A stretch of 62,895 bases of DNA, the filler included. It is 5 parts of 5 records of this genome, joined end to end, with 100 filler letters (N's around TTAATTAATTAA, not from the genome) between each part and the next. Parts side by side here need not be neighbours in the genome. Positions count along the whole stretch, not along the records: positions 29,169 to 42,633 come from SRR7504441_2044; positions 42,734 to 52,604 come from SRR7504441_2048; 3 more parts are not named here. One strand, 5' to 3'. The position numbers and the translations under genes were made by a program. The notes below the pieces were generated by a model, which was not told the DNA's origin, did no database searches, and was given only the letters and a program-made list of their open reading frames with translations. Of this stretch, positions 38,132-49,386 are shown piece after piece; position 1 is the first letter of the stretch, and every line of letters starts with the position of its first letter.

Positions 38132-38676
38132 ATATAAAGCCCATAAAACGAGGACGGTCTAGCTCATGCGAGAGATCCACAATCTTATCTTACATTCCCC
38201 ATCATGCATCTTTATCCTTTGAATCGGCCATGTCAGGACCATCGGCAGGTCGAGTACGAGCTCAGGTGCGTGTCAAAAGAGAATCCGAACGGAATCTGGC
38301 GTCTCTCGGCATATGATCAAATTTGGAAAAAAGAGCAGTTCTCTAGATGCCAAATCAAGGTGAAGAGCGGCCAGTCTCCATTCTGTATCACGTATCCGTT
38401 GTCACCGTTCCAACTTAGACAAGAGACCGACACATTCAAAGACTACTGATCTTGAGCTCTTACTCTTAGTCATACAATAAAATTACCCCCAACTTACTAA
38501 ATAGAAGTGAGCGCAAGTAAGTACGAGTTCTACTCGTAACATTCTAGTACACGACTTGTACATACATGTACAGCCTTTTTAATTAATAGCGTGAGCTACG
38601 TACAGCAGCTCGTAGACTCTACAGCCGTACATGTACCTTGACGATGCCAACGGCAAATCTCTCATCTGGGCAACCA

Positions 38677-39612
38677 ATGGAGTGGGCCTTGAAACTGCTG
38701 GCTGTGGCCGGGCTGGCCGCAGCTGCGCTGTCCGAGACGTTGACTGTAACCCAGCGAGTCCAGCGGATGAGCACTATCGGACGGGTGCCCCCCATGACCT
38801 GCCCCCCGAGCCCGGCCGGCAGGAAGAGTGGCTAGCCAGCAACACCCACGAGCACTGGCCGAGCGAGGCCACCGCGTTCATTGTGGTGGACATGTGGCAG
38901 CAGCACTGGTGCCCATCGGCTACAACACGGGTGGGCGAGCTCGCCACCCCGATGAATCAGTTCATCAAGGTGCGCCCCGGCCGTAGAATCCGCCAGCAGG
39001 CCGCAGGCCGCCAGGGCCACCGGGGCTGTGATCGTGTGGGCTCCGTCGGACGTGACCAGCTTCTACCCGCCGACCAACTCGACTGCGCGGCGCAATACCT
39101 TGAAACTCCCGAACCATACCCTCCCGCTCCCCCGGAACCTCACGATCCCGCCGCTCCCGCTGAGCACGGATACCAACGGCGGATGCGATGTAGACTACCC
39201 CCAGAAGTCACCGATGCCGTGGTACCGCCAGATTGCCAGCCTGACAATCGAGGACTCAGATTACCTGATCGCCGCCGACCTGCCCAACGATAAGATGGCT
39301 GGCACTCGAGAGCTGTGGAACATAATCAAGGCACGTCGACTGACCAAACTGGTCTACTTGGGCGTGCACGAGAACATGTGCATCCTGAACAGGCCGTTCG
39401 CGATCGAGGAGATGCGAAAGCTCGGGTTTGAGCAGCGCGACATCGCGGTGGTGAGAGAGCTGGTCGATGTGATGTACACGCCGCAGGATCCACCATACGT
39501 CAGCCACAGCGCCGGGGTTGGGATCCACACCGAATATGTTGAGAAGTTCTGGGGGTCGAGCATCTCGATGTATGACATTCTGACCCCGTCGTACTCAGTC
39601 CAGGAGCTTTAG
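38677..39612 (+). CDS. Secreted isochorismatase/cysteine hydrolase family protein (3 exons)
   Basis: Signal peptide MEWALKLLAVAGLAAAALS; TAFIVVDMWQQHWCPSATTRV; VIVWAPSD; LVYLGVHENMCILNRPFAI; VVRELVDVMY. Confidence 0.75.
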
Positions 39613-39927
39613 GAGATTGGCTCGCCTCACCGTGGTACCTTTCATATGCATGCGGGCAACGTATTTGCAACGGTTTACATATACGAGTAGTTATGGTGCT
39701 GGTACCATCGGTCCAGTTACATTGTGCTTAATGTACATTTAAGCAGAATAAACTAGTTTTCGTCGTACAAGAGGTTTCTATACTATCTATTGTTTACTCA
39801 TTGGATGAGTTATCAATTAATACGGCGACACTCGAAAGCGTGGCTATAGCCAAGCTTACCCTCCGTTGGTCATCTACTCGCGCGCTCGCATACACTGTGT
39901 CGTGATCGGTTGCCGACTGCGCCGGTT

Positions 39928-40925
39928 TTAGTCTAAGATACCACAATCTGCAATCACAATCTCCTGCATCGGCTTGCCCTCCGCATCAGTCTCAACCGCC
40001 TCAATCGCATCCAACACCTACCACCACGCTCTCAATCTAGCCGCCCACCACCAGGCCCACCTCCCAACCTTCTACCACCTCGCCGAACACCACATGCTTG
40101 CCGTCGCACTGCTTCATCGGCCCCAGTGCCACAAAGAACTGGCTCCCATTCGAATTCTTCCCGCTGTTGCACATACTCAGCACCCCCCGCCGGTCGTGCT
40201 TGAGCTTGAGCGCGCTCTTCTCGTCCTTAAACTTGCCTGGCTGCCGGTGAGCCCGGCCACTCGACTGCGCACCTCCCCAGATAGACTCTCCGCCGGTACC
40301 GTTCCCAAGGGCGAAGTCGCCGCCCTGCGAGCAGCGCTCAGCCGGGCACGGCTGCTGGCGCACCTGGATTATGCTCCCGGGCACCAGTCTGTGGAACCGG
40401 ACGCCTTGGTAATGCAGAGGCACTCCGCTGCCCTTGGCCTTGCCCTTGTCGCCCAGGCACAGATGAATAAAGTTGTCCACCGCGTTGGGCGCCGCGTCGG
40501 CGTACAGCGACAGCACAATCCGTTCGTGCTCGGCCGGCCGGACCTGCCCCGGGCTCGGCGGGCGGGCCAGGCGGGGCGGGGGCCTGCATCCGACCCTTGT
40601 CCGACCAGTCATAGTCGCTCTCGTAGAGCTCAGGCAGCTGCTTCTGCGCCCAACAGTCGGCCCAGCCGGCGGCGGCCCGACCTTCTCGCCCCCGCCGAGC
40701 TCCTCGATGTTCTTGCTGGAGAGACCGTACCGCTGGTCCTGTCCGGCATCACTGGGCCGCCGGCGAAGTGCACCGTGGCATCCACGAAGGCGCAGGCCCG
40801 GGCGTAGGCTTCTCTCGAGCCTGGGCGCGGCTCGGTGGCCGGGAGGGCAGGCGGTGGCGGGCACCGTCGATGTCGATGTCCAGGAAGGCGGTCACCCGGT
40901 CTCTGTTCCCGGCAGCCTTGGGCAT
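39928..40925 (-). CDS. Cyclophilin-type peptidyl-prolyl isomerase with N-terminal insertion
   Basis: AFLDIDI, APNAVDNFIHLCLGDKG, LHYQGVRFHRLV, GGDFALGNGTGGESIWG, LSMCNSGKNSNGSQFF, DGKHVVFGEV; ends IVIADCGILD*. Confidence 0.9.
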
Positions 40926-40977
40926 AGTGCCGTCGAGGAGTAACGGAACGGCCGGATCAACCCGGTGGTCTGGGCCC

Positions 40978-42537
40978 ATGCACCGAGCGCTGGTGCTCGC
41001 CGTGCTGCCTGCGCTGCTGCGTGCCGCGAGCACCCCGCCCGTGGTGCACTTGGTGTTCATCCTGAGCGACGACCATGGCTGGAACAACGTCGGCTGGCGC
41101 AATCCTGCCTTCGCCGGCATCACCCCCTCGCTGGACGCGCTGGCGGCTCAAGGCCGGACCCTGGAGCACCACTACGCGTACAAGATGTGCAGCCCGTCGC
41201 GAGCGAGCTTGCTCACCGGCCGGCTGCCAATCCACGTCAACCAAGAAAACTCGGCCAGCGAGCAGCCAGGCGCTGGAATACTGCCCGCGTTTACAACACT
41301 TTCTGAGCGGCTGGCCGGAGTTGGATATCGGAGCCACCAGATCGGCAAATGGCACTGCGGCCAGGCCTCTGCAAGCCAGATCCCCACTGGACGAGGGTTT
41401 AATTCGAGCCTAGGCTTCTTCAACTTCGGAGAGGACCACTATACTCAGCGCCGCGGAGGGCAGGCCCTCGGGTCAGGGGTCGGGTGCGGTGAGGCCGTAG
41501 ACCTGTGGCGCTCTGACCGGCCCGGATACGGCCTCAACGGCACCTACGGCGGTAGCCTGTACCGGGCCGAGGCGCTGCGGGTGGTGGAGGCTCACCCGGT
41601 GGAGCGGGGGCTGTTCTTGTTCCTGGCGCTGCAGAACAATCACGCCCCGCTGCAAGTCCCGGACTCGTACTCGCAGAAGTGCAGGGCGGCGGTGGGCGGT
41701 GGGCGGACCGGCCCATTCAGCCCCGAGGAGATTTACTGCGGAATGACAGCCTTCAGCGATGAGACGATAGGGCTTGTGGTCGGATCACTGAAGCGGCGAG
41801 GCCTGTGGGAGAACACTCTGCTCGTGTTTAGCAGCGATAACGGAGGCTGGCTCGAGCAGGCCGGCGACAACACGCCGCTGAGGGGCGGCAAGTTCTCTGA
41901 TCTCGAAGGCGGCACCCGGGTGGTTGCCATGGTCGCTGGCGGATTGCTTCCTGCCCAGGTCCGTGGGCGGGCTCTCAAGGGGTACATCCACATGTGTGAC
42001 TGGTACGCCACTTTCCTCACGCGCGCCGGGCTGACCAATCTCACCGACGAGCGGGCGGCCGCCGCGGGGCTGCCCAGCGTAGACTCGATCGACATGTGGC
42101 CGTTGATAACTGGCCAGCGCACAGCCTCGCCCAGGACCGAGATCGCGCTCAGTGCGTCTCCAGCGAACACGACCGGATGGCTCGGCTGGCGGGTGGCGGA
42201 CTATCCGACGCCTGGGGCGGGGTACTATCTCAAGGGGGAGGGTCTGATCGTGGGCCGGTGGAAGCTGGTAGTTGGTCCGCAACAGCAAGGTCCGTTCTCT
42301 TCTGGCGGGCGCGGGTTGTTTCTCGATTGCGGACCGGGCTGTCTGTTTGATATTGAGCAAGATCCGTCCGAGACTACCAACCTCAACATGAGCAGGCCCG
42401 ATGTGCTCCAACGGATGCAAGCACGGCAGGCGCAGATCCGGCAATCCGTATTCGCGCCGGATCGAGGTGCTATGGATCCTCGAGCTTGCGATGTGATCAA
42501 GCAAAATGGCGGCTACTACGGGCCTTGGCTACCTTAG
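40978..42537 (+). CDS. Secreted S1 sulfatase, arylsulfatase B-like; intronless
   Basis: Signal peptide from ATG 40978, ILSDDHGW, CSPSRASLLTGR, GKWHCG, SSDNGG, LRGGKFSDLEGG. Confidence 0.93.
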   Translation: MHRALVLAVLPALLRAASTPPVVHLVFILSDDHGWNNVGWRNPAFAGITPSLDALAAQGRTLEHHYAYKMCSPSRASLLTGRLPIHVNQENSASEQPGAGILPAFTTLSERLAGVGYRSHQIGKWHCGQASASQIPTGRGFNSSLGFFNFGEDHYTQRRGGQALGSGVGCGEAVDLWRSDRPGYGLNGTYGGSLYRAEALRVVEAHPVERGLFLFLALQNNHAPLQVPDSYSQKCRAAVGGGRTGPFSPEEIYCGMTAFSDETIGLVVGSLKRRGLWENTLLVFSSDNGGWLEQAGDNTPLRGGKFSDLEGGTRVVAMVAGGLLPAQVRGRALKGYIHMCDWYATFLTRAGLTNLTDERAAAAGLPSVDSIDMWPLITGQRTASPRTEIALSASPANTTGWLGWRVADYPTPGAGYYLKGEGLIVGRWKLVVGPQQQGPFSSGGRGLFLDCGPGCLFDIEQDPSETTNLNMSRPDVLQRMQARQAQIRQSVFAPDRGAMDPRACDVIKQNGGYYGPWLP

Positions 42538-42633
42538 GCCTCCCGGCGATGAAAGACGGCCACCCGGCGTGCATACATGCACCAGATTGATATAGTTCAT
42601 AATTATTTCTATTGTACATAATTGGTTCTCGGC

Positions 42634-42733
42634 NNNNNNNNNNNNNNNNNNNNNNNNNNNNNNNNNNNNNNNNNNNNTTAATTAATTAANNNNNNNNNNN
42701 NNNNNNNNNNNNNNNNNNNNNNNNNNNNNNNNN
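42634..42733. other. Artificial contig linker
   Basis: N-run, TTAATTAATTAA, N-run. Confidence 0.97.
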
Positions 42734-42940
42734 CCCCCCCCGCTCAGACCCCGGCAGGGGCCGGCTGCCTACCGGATTTCCTTGAAGCTGCCATCTCCGC
42801 AGACCTTGCGGACCTTGTCCTCGCAGACCAGCTCGCGGCCTGCCTTCTGGTTCTGCCCCACCGGCTCGCCCGCCGGCCCGGCCCGGTCTGGACACCGAGT
42901 TGAGCAGCGAGTTTGGCGCGCCAGTCACGGCTCCAGACAT
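42734..42940 (-). CDS. 5' fragment of an unidentified gene, truncated by contig end
   Basis: ATG 42940 MSGAVTGAPNSLLNS, then ELVCEDKVRKVCGDGSFKEIR before a GT donor; too short to assign. Confidence 0.3.
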
Positions 42941-43044
42941 TGTGGTGGTCCTAATATAGCGTGCAACTGCTGATCGACAACGGACATTGAGGGACCTCGG
43001 AGAGCTCAAATGCCCCCTGAGTGACCTCACAGAGTGTTAGCGGG

Positions 43045-46000
43045 ATGGCTGCACCTCACGGTGGCCGGCGGCGGGCTCGGCGCGTGACCGGGCGGCAGAG
43101 ACGCCGCTGCGCTCGGAGACCGAGGCCAAACTGACCAGCCGGCACGATAGCACCTTCGCGGCCGTGTGGGCCATCCTCCAGGCACAGGCCGGCCGGGCCC
43201 GGGCCCATCGGCGGGCAGCACGCCTCCAACCACAGCCGGCACGAGCCCGAGGAGCCGAGGAGCGTGCTGTACATGCTCTACGGGGCTCGAGCCTTCAACC
43301 TGCACCTTCCCCCCAAGCTCGAATTCGAGACGTTCGACTGGGACTTCCTCGTGGTGCCCCCCGCCACTCCGCGGGGCCCACCGCCGGCCAGGTGGCCTCC
43401 TCGATGGAGCAGTACCACGAGAACGTCGAGGGCGTATTCAATGCAGTCCGGTGCCCCGCCGGCTGCTCGGCCGGTCCTAGTTCCAGCCGCAGGGACGAGT
43501 TGGCCAGCCGCTCCCGCCCGCAAGATATTCAGACCTGGTGCCGGGCTGGGCCCGGCGGCCGGGCATGCCTGGCAGGTTCTCTCCGGAGGACAAGTCTCTG
43601 TTCTCGCCGGCCACTTGGCATCTCAAGCTGCGGTGCGAGTGATGCGATTCAGGCGGGCTGAGAGTGTGGGCAGGTCGATCACCATTGCAGACTTTACTTT
43701 CATGGCCCCCGAAAAGTTTGGGCGGATGCTAACCGACCACGGCCCGCCGAGCACGTTCAAGGCGAGCCGCCGGGCCGGGCCGGGGGGCGAGCGGGCGTGT
43801 AGGTGGACGGATTGCATCGGGCGTGTGCTGCAGTCCCGTACTCACAGCAGCGGGCGTGGGCTGTGCACCACTCGTGTGCCTCCACCACGCCCATGTGGCG
43901 GCAGCAGAAGGCCCGCCGGCCCTGCCTCGCCGGCTGAGCGCTCTGCAGGACTCTAAGCGTATCGCGAGAGTATTGCACGCTGAGGATGCCGGGCTGCTCT
44001 GTCCCACTCCGTGCCACGCCGGGTAGTGATCGCTAATCATACTCCGGATTGATATTGGTCACAGCTACTACCTCACTGCGATTAACTCGCTCAAACCTAA
44101 CCAAGGTGCCCAGCCTCCCCAGCCGAGCGTCACCCCTCGCTGCAGACCCCATCGCGCCTCTTCCCAGCACACCGCCACTCACGGGCAACTTGAACGAGGT
44201 GAGCGACGAGGAACGGACCATGCTCACGGACATGGTGAGCCGCACAGCCGTCCCCTGCCCAGGCGGGCCAGGTGCGATCGGTATTCCAACACATGCGCAA
44301 CACGTCGGGAGGAGCAGACAAGGAGGCGCAGCCGGTCCGGGAGTTCCCATCGCGAGGGGTGAGCGCACCGGCCCGGGCAAGTGTCACTGACTGACGGTTG
44401 GTTTAGGTGTACACCCAGCATTTCATGTCGCTCCAGTTTGCTCAGAGCAAAATGGAAGACAACTTTCGAGACTACCGAGACCGGCAGCTCCGGTTGAGGT
44501 CAACCCAAAGCTCCAACCCCGGAGCTCACTCTGTCGCGCAGGTGGCAGTTGGCGCTCCAAATGCCGCAGCTGCAGATGAGCGTGGTGCTGGTGGCGGCTC
44601 TCACTGTGGCCAACGAGATGTCTACTTATGACTATTCCGTGCACCGTGTTCTTCGGTTCGTATTGTTTGCAATCCCTCTAGCAGGTGGCTCGCTGCCCCG
44701 GGCCGGGCTGACTGGCCGGGCCAGGTCTTGCTGTGAAGAGAGACATCGACCACGGCTGCTTCTCCCCGGCGCGGTGCCAGCTTTGGCCTCGGGCTGGCTT
44801 ATGCGTGGCAGGTGCAAGTCTGCGATCTCTGCTGCTGCGAGCTCGCTGGTGCTGCTCGCTCTAGGAAGAAGCACGGGCTCCGGCGAGTACGCGGACCCGA
44901 ACCAGCTGCTGCTGGTCGGGGTGGCGGCCTGGCTGCTTGAGTGGAGCTCGGCGGTGTTGTTTGCCTCAGGATGGGAGGCTCAGCTGAAGTATCAGTCGAT
45001 CACGGTGGCGGTTCATGGGCTGGTGATAGGGCTGTGGCTGGGATCATGGGGGGTGGTGGCGGCGCTGGTGAGCACAGTGACGGTCTGTTGCACCACCGTG
45101 GCCTATCTGATCGACAGCCACAACCGGCGGCACTTTGTGGGTGGGTTGGAGCTGGAGTTGAGGGCTCAGAAGGAGCGGAAGCGGGTAGAGAGTGCGCCCC
45201 AGCCCTAGCGCTCGCTGACCTCACTGGCCAGGCAAGGAGCGCGAAAAGCTGCAGCTGCTGGCTGATGCGCAACAAGAGGTGAAGAGTGTGACCAGCGACT
45301 TGTGGGCAGTCAGGCGGAGCATCCAGGTACCCAGCTAGTCGGGCGGGCTGAGGCGCTGTGCAGGTGTATCAGCGACTGAGCTCGGCACAGTGCCAACGGG
45401 CAGATCCACGGGTGCTGCAGCGCTTCAATGCGCAGAGCTCTGTGGCCCAGCAGTACGAGTTCCTGCTGGTGGTGGACTTTGAGGCTACCTGTGAGAAAGA
45501 CGACCAAGACCACCTACACGAAGTCATCGAATTCCCAGCGGTGCTGCTGTGCACCAGCACGTTTGAGCGGATCGCTGAGTGCGTTGGCCATGGTCGGCTT
45601 TGATCAGGCCCGGGGTAGGTATCACAGCTACGTCCGGCCAGTCGAGAAGCCCATCCTTTCGGAGTTTTGCACGGAACTGACTGGAGTCACCCAAGAGATG
45701 GTGGACAAGGCCAGCACGCTGGACATCGTACTCGAGGAGTTCCACGCGTGGCTGACCGAGCAAGAACTCATCTCGCCCGGCTGGTCCGACTTGCGGTCTG
45801 GGCTGGAGAAGTTTGCGATTGTGACGGACGGGCCATCTGACATGCGGGACTTCCTGGCGGCCGAGGTGAAGAGGAAGAATCTGATGTGCACAACGTTCAT
45901 GGAAATGCTCGGGATCGACCCACAGCAGGCCAGCGAGACCAACAACCGGTGCCCCTGGCCCGGGATGAGCTCAGTTGCGGGCCAGCTGGCGGCATCGGAG

Positions 46001-48139
46001 CTACTTGCACCAGTGGGTGGACGCGCGGAGGTTGTTTGCTGAGTTCTACTGCACTAAGAAGGTGCGCTGGGGGCATGAACTAGTAGCCTAGACCCACTCG
46101 GCTGCTAAATGCACAGCTTATTGGTGGTGGTGGCAGGCTTCAGTGCAGCAGATGCTCCAGCAGCTCGGCATGGTATTCCACGGCCGGCCACACTCCGGAA
46201 TAGACGATGCTAGGTGCCCGCACACATGACCTCGCTGCTTGAGCCTCTCCCAGGAACATTTCTCGGATTGTCGAGCGGATGGCGGCCGACGGCTGTGTCT
46301 TCACTCTCAACGACGGACTTGACGTGTCGGTGCCCGAGCTGTTCCTGCCGCGGCGTGCCTCGCGAGGCTGGCACCCGGGCACGGCCATACAGAGCCTCCC
46401 GTCGCAGGACGATTTGTCTGGGCTGGCTCAGCAGTGCTCTGGCGAGCACGTAGCTGACGGCGTGGCGGTTTACCACCATCCGGGCTGGGGGCACCACCCT
46501 TCTAACAACTATAGCTCAGGATGGAGCCCCCGCAGCCCCCGGGTGGCGCCCGCATCCCCGAATCTGGGCCCAGCAGTCGGCAACGTGCCTCAGCAGGGTT
46601 GCGGCTCCTTCCGTCGGCACGGGAACGAAGGCGCGCTAGTCCGCCGACGGCGGAGCGCGGTGGCGGTGCGCATGTCCCAACTGGGCTGGCTATGTGTGAT
46701 GGACGTCACGCGCACGTTCGACGGCTGCGACAAGTGTCTGCAGAAGGTGCTGCGCGGCGAGTCGGACCGACGAGACGAGACATGCCGAAACTGCCAGAAG
46801 CTGCTCAAGGACGCCGCCCAGGCCGGCCCGACTCAAGAGGTGGTCGAGATCGGGGCCGTGTTGCTTGAGGCGCGGACATGCACCGTAGTGGCCACCTATG
46901 ACGGCCCCAGACGGTTTGTCAAGCCTCGGGCCGAGAGCCTCCCGCAGTTCTTTACGACTGTGACCAATATTAAGCAGTCTGACGTGGCCAATGCCAGCGG
47001 GTTTGCTGCAGTAGCTGCTGAGCACGCGCATTGGATGTGGCAGAGCACCGGAATGCACACCGAGGACCAAATAGCAGTGATCACATTCGGCGACTGGCTG
47101 CTGTCGAGCACTTGGCCGAGCGCCTGCGCCAACTCGGGGGCGGAGTGGCTGCCGGAGCTGCGTCGGTGGGTCAACCTCAAGAAGCTGTACGAGGCCGCCA
47201 CGGGTTGCAGCAGCAAGTCTAACGACCTGCGCCACATGATGAGTGAACTAGGGCTCGACTACCAGGCTCCCGCTGCCCAGTGGTCACTGGCTTGACTGTG
47301 TGCAGGGCCACCACTACAGTGCGTTCGATCGGTGCCTCAACATGGCCAGATGTGTGCCAATTCTGCTTGAAGGTCAAGTAGGCATCTCTGCGAGCGAGGT
47401 GCCCCTGCACTCAGGCTGGCGCTGGATGGCTGCACAGGGTACAGACCATTTGGGGTTCATGCTCATGTTAGAGGCTCAGTATGGGGCCGAGTACACGGCA
47501 AGGCAGCTGCCTCCTGGTGCTTCTTTGCTGCCGTTCTCCAAGCTGACTGATGCGCAGGAATGAGTGCCCCCGGAGTGCCCAAGAAGACTAACAACGCACT
47601 GGACATTTTAGACCCGGCACAGCGGGAGAGCAAGGATACCAAATCCAAGGCGCGGCTGCCGTCCCACTGTGCACTGAGCGCGCTGGCAGAGCAAGACTAA
47701 GAAGAAAAAGAACAAAAAGGCTGCCCAGCAGGCGGCTCTAGAAGCCCAAACGCCCAATGTTGATGGCGGTGAGCCGAGCCAGCCAGCGCCTGCCGAGGAC
47801 GCGACTGCTACTGAGGCCACGGCGAGCTGCGCGCGCGTCGACTCCCTAAACCGGCTGCAGGTGCCGGTCGAGGAGCCACCGGCTACTTGGAGCTCGATTC
47901 TGTTTGATTCGAGCGAGACAGCAGCTGCGAGCAATCCTGGCCCATCGCAGCCGGAGCCTGAGCCCGCTAATCTGGCGGATGACCTGAAGCCCAAGGCGCC
48001 CACCTGGAGCTCGATTCTGACTGCACCTGCAGCCGCAGCTGCCCCTCTAGTGCCAATCAGCCCGCAGCTTAAAGGCTGGGCCAATGCTGTCAAGAAGAGC
48101 ACCAAGCCGGCGGGCGATTCAAACGCAGGCCCCGGATGA
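43045..48139 (+). CDS. Multidomain protein: NCLDV poly(A) polymerase-like nucleotidyltransferase + 6-TM cassette + coiled coil + ERI1-type DEDDh exonuclease + degenerate second exonuclease; about 25 introns
   Basis: Manual splicing keeps one frame from ATG 43045 to TGA 48139. NTase motifs LYGARAFNLHLP..FETFDWDF, TWHLKLRSITIADFTF, WRQQKDSKRI. TM region 44407-45190. Exonuclease VVDFEATCE..EVIEFPAV..YVRPVEKPILSEFCTELTG..VTDGPSD..GRPHSGIDDARNI. Second domain 46680-47380. Confidence 0.7.
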
Positions 48140-48343
48140 CTGTTCAAATCTTGTATAATTATTATCCCTTAAAGGCCTGGGCCAGTGCTCTGAAATTTCG
48201 GAACTCTTGTTTTTATGATTGCAATCGTATTTTTAAACTCAAAAATGCGCTTGAGGCCTCTTCGAAAAATTGGAAAATTGAGCTTTGTTATGAAATTCCG
48301 GAACTCAGGCCTTTGAAGGCATTTAAAGGCTATCTAGTTCGCG

Positions 48344-48782
48344 TCAGCTAGCAGCCATCTCAGCCACCAGTGCCTCGGCGTGCTTGAGCGGCACGTTCAT
48401 CCCAATCACTTCCACCTGGCCAACCAGCCGCTCCCTCACCGGCTCCTCTTCCCCATCCTCCGCCCCCACGCGCAGCAACACCAGGTGCTTGTATCGCCCC
48501 GGATCCTTCAGCTCAGCCACCACCGCCTCCGCCCACCCCGCCTGCCCGCCTTTCACGCCCCCAGCCGACCATCCTGCCGACCTCGGAAGCATGAGCGGTC
48601 CTGAGCACCACCACCCCACCAGCCTGTTGCAGCCGGCTCGCTAGGCCCGGTGCGGGCGAGTCGAGCGCGACGAGCACAACCAGCGGCTGGTACTGCCCCC
48701 GACTGGTCAGCCTGGCCTCGGGGCAGCACCGCACGTGGCCCAGCCACTCCCACCAGTCCACTGCGTCCGAGCAGTGGCACAT
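48344..48782 (-). CDS. Small hypothetical protein, multi-exon
   Basis: Coding-like segments MCHCSDAVDWWEWLGH, YQPLVVLVALDSP and AGWAEAVVAELKDPGRYKHLVLL separated by short intron-like spacers. Confidence 0.35.
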
Positions 48783-48855
48783 TTGTGCGGCCACCCCCCA
48801 GACTGCACCCTGTGTCAGCTGGACACGTTGGCGATTTACAAAGGGCGAAGCGCAA

Positions 48856-49386
48856 ATGGCTCAGCGTCTGGCCGCGCTCCTGGCGGCGGCGGCCGTGCTC
48901 GCGGCGGGCGAGCGGTTCGCCATCTACCAAAAGTACCCCGGTCTACTGGCCCGGTCACCCGGCGGCAGGTGGTGGGAGCCGGATTGCCCTGGCGCCCCGC
49001 CGGTGCTCTCATGCGAGCCAACCGACCAATGCTTCCAGCAGTGCGGTGGGAGCCCCGGCGACCCGTGCATCTCGTACAAGGCGCCGGCTCGCCTAGCCCG
49101 GGCCCGAGTGGTGCAATAGGTGGGCTGTGCTGACGGGGTGATCTCGTGGTACGAGTGCGACACCGAGGACTGCAGCTATCTGTGTCGGGTTACGCGCACC
49201 ACGGCGCAGGTGGGCTATCCGTTGGAGAAATGCATCAACCACCCGTTTGCCGAGAACGGGCTGGTGGCGAGCAGCCGGTGGCGTTGCGGCGATTCGTGCG
49301 CCAATGGATCTGGCCAACTTGTGGCGGGCTGGGCGGGGGGGGTCACGCTGCTCCTGGCGATTTGGAACACATGGGGCCAGGCTTGA
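48856..49386 (+). CDS. Small Cys-rich surface protein with signal peptide and hydrophobic C-terminus (possibly GPI-anchored)
   Basis: MAQRLAALLAAAAVLAAG, about 12 Cys, tail GSGQLVAGWAGGVTLLLAIW. GC-AG intron 49081-49119 removes the in-frame TAG. Confidence 0.65.

Noticed and set aside
40768-40977. Apparent overlap of the sulfatase ORF with the cyclophilin gene
   Set aside because: The signal peptide begins at ATG 40978; the upstream open frame is incidental.
42770-42860. Possible polo-like kinase N-terminus (EDKVRKVCGDGSFKEIR)
   Set aside because: The contig ends before any kinase motif, so the call cannot be supported.
49117-49122. In-frame TAG between two coding ORFs, suggesting stop-codon reassignment or readthrough
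   Set aside because: The TAG is the 3' end of a 39-nt GC-AG intron. All three stop codons terminate genes normally elsewhere in the window.
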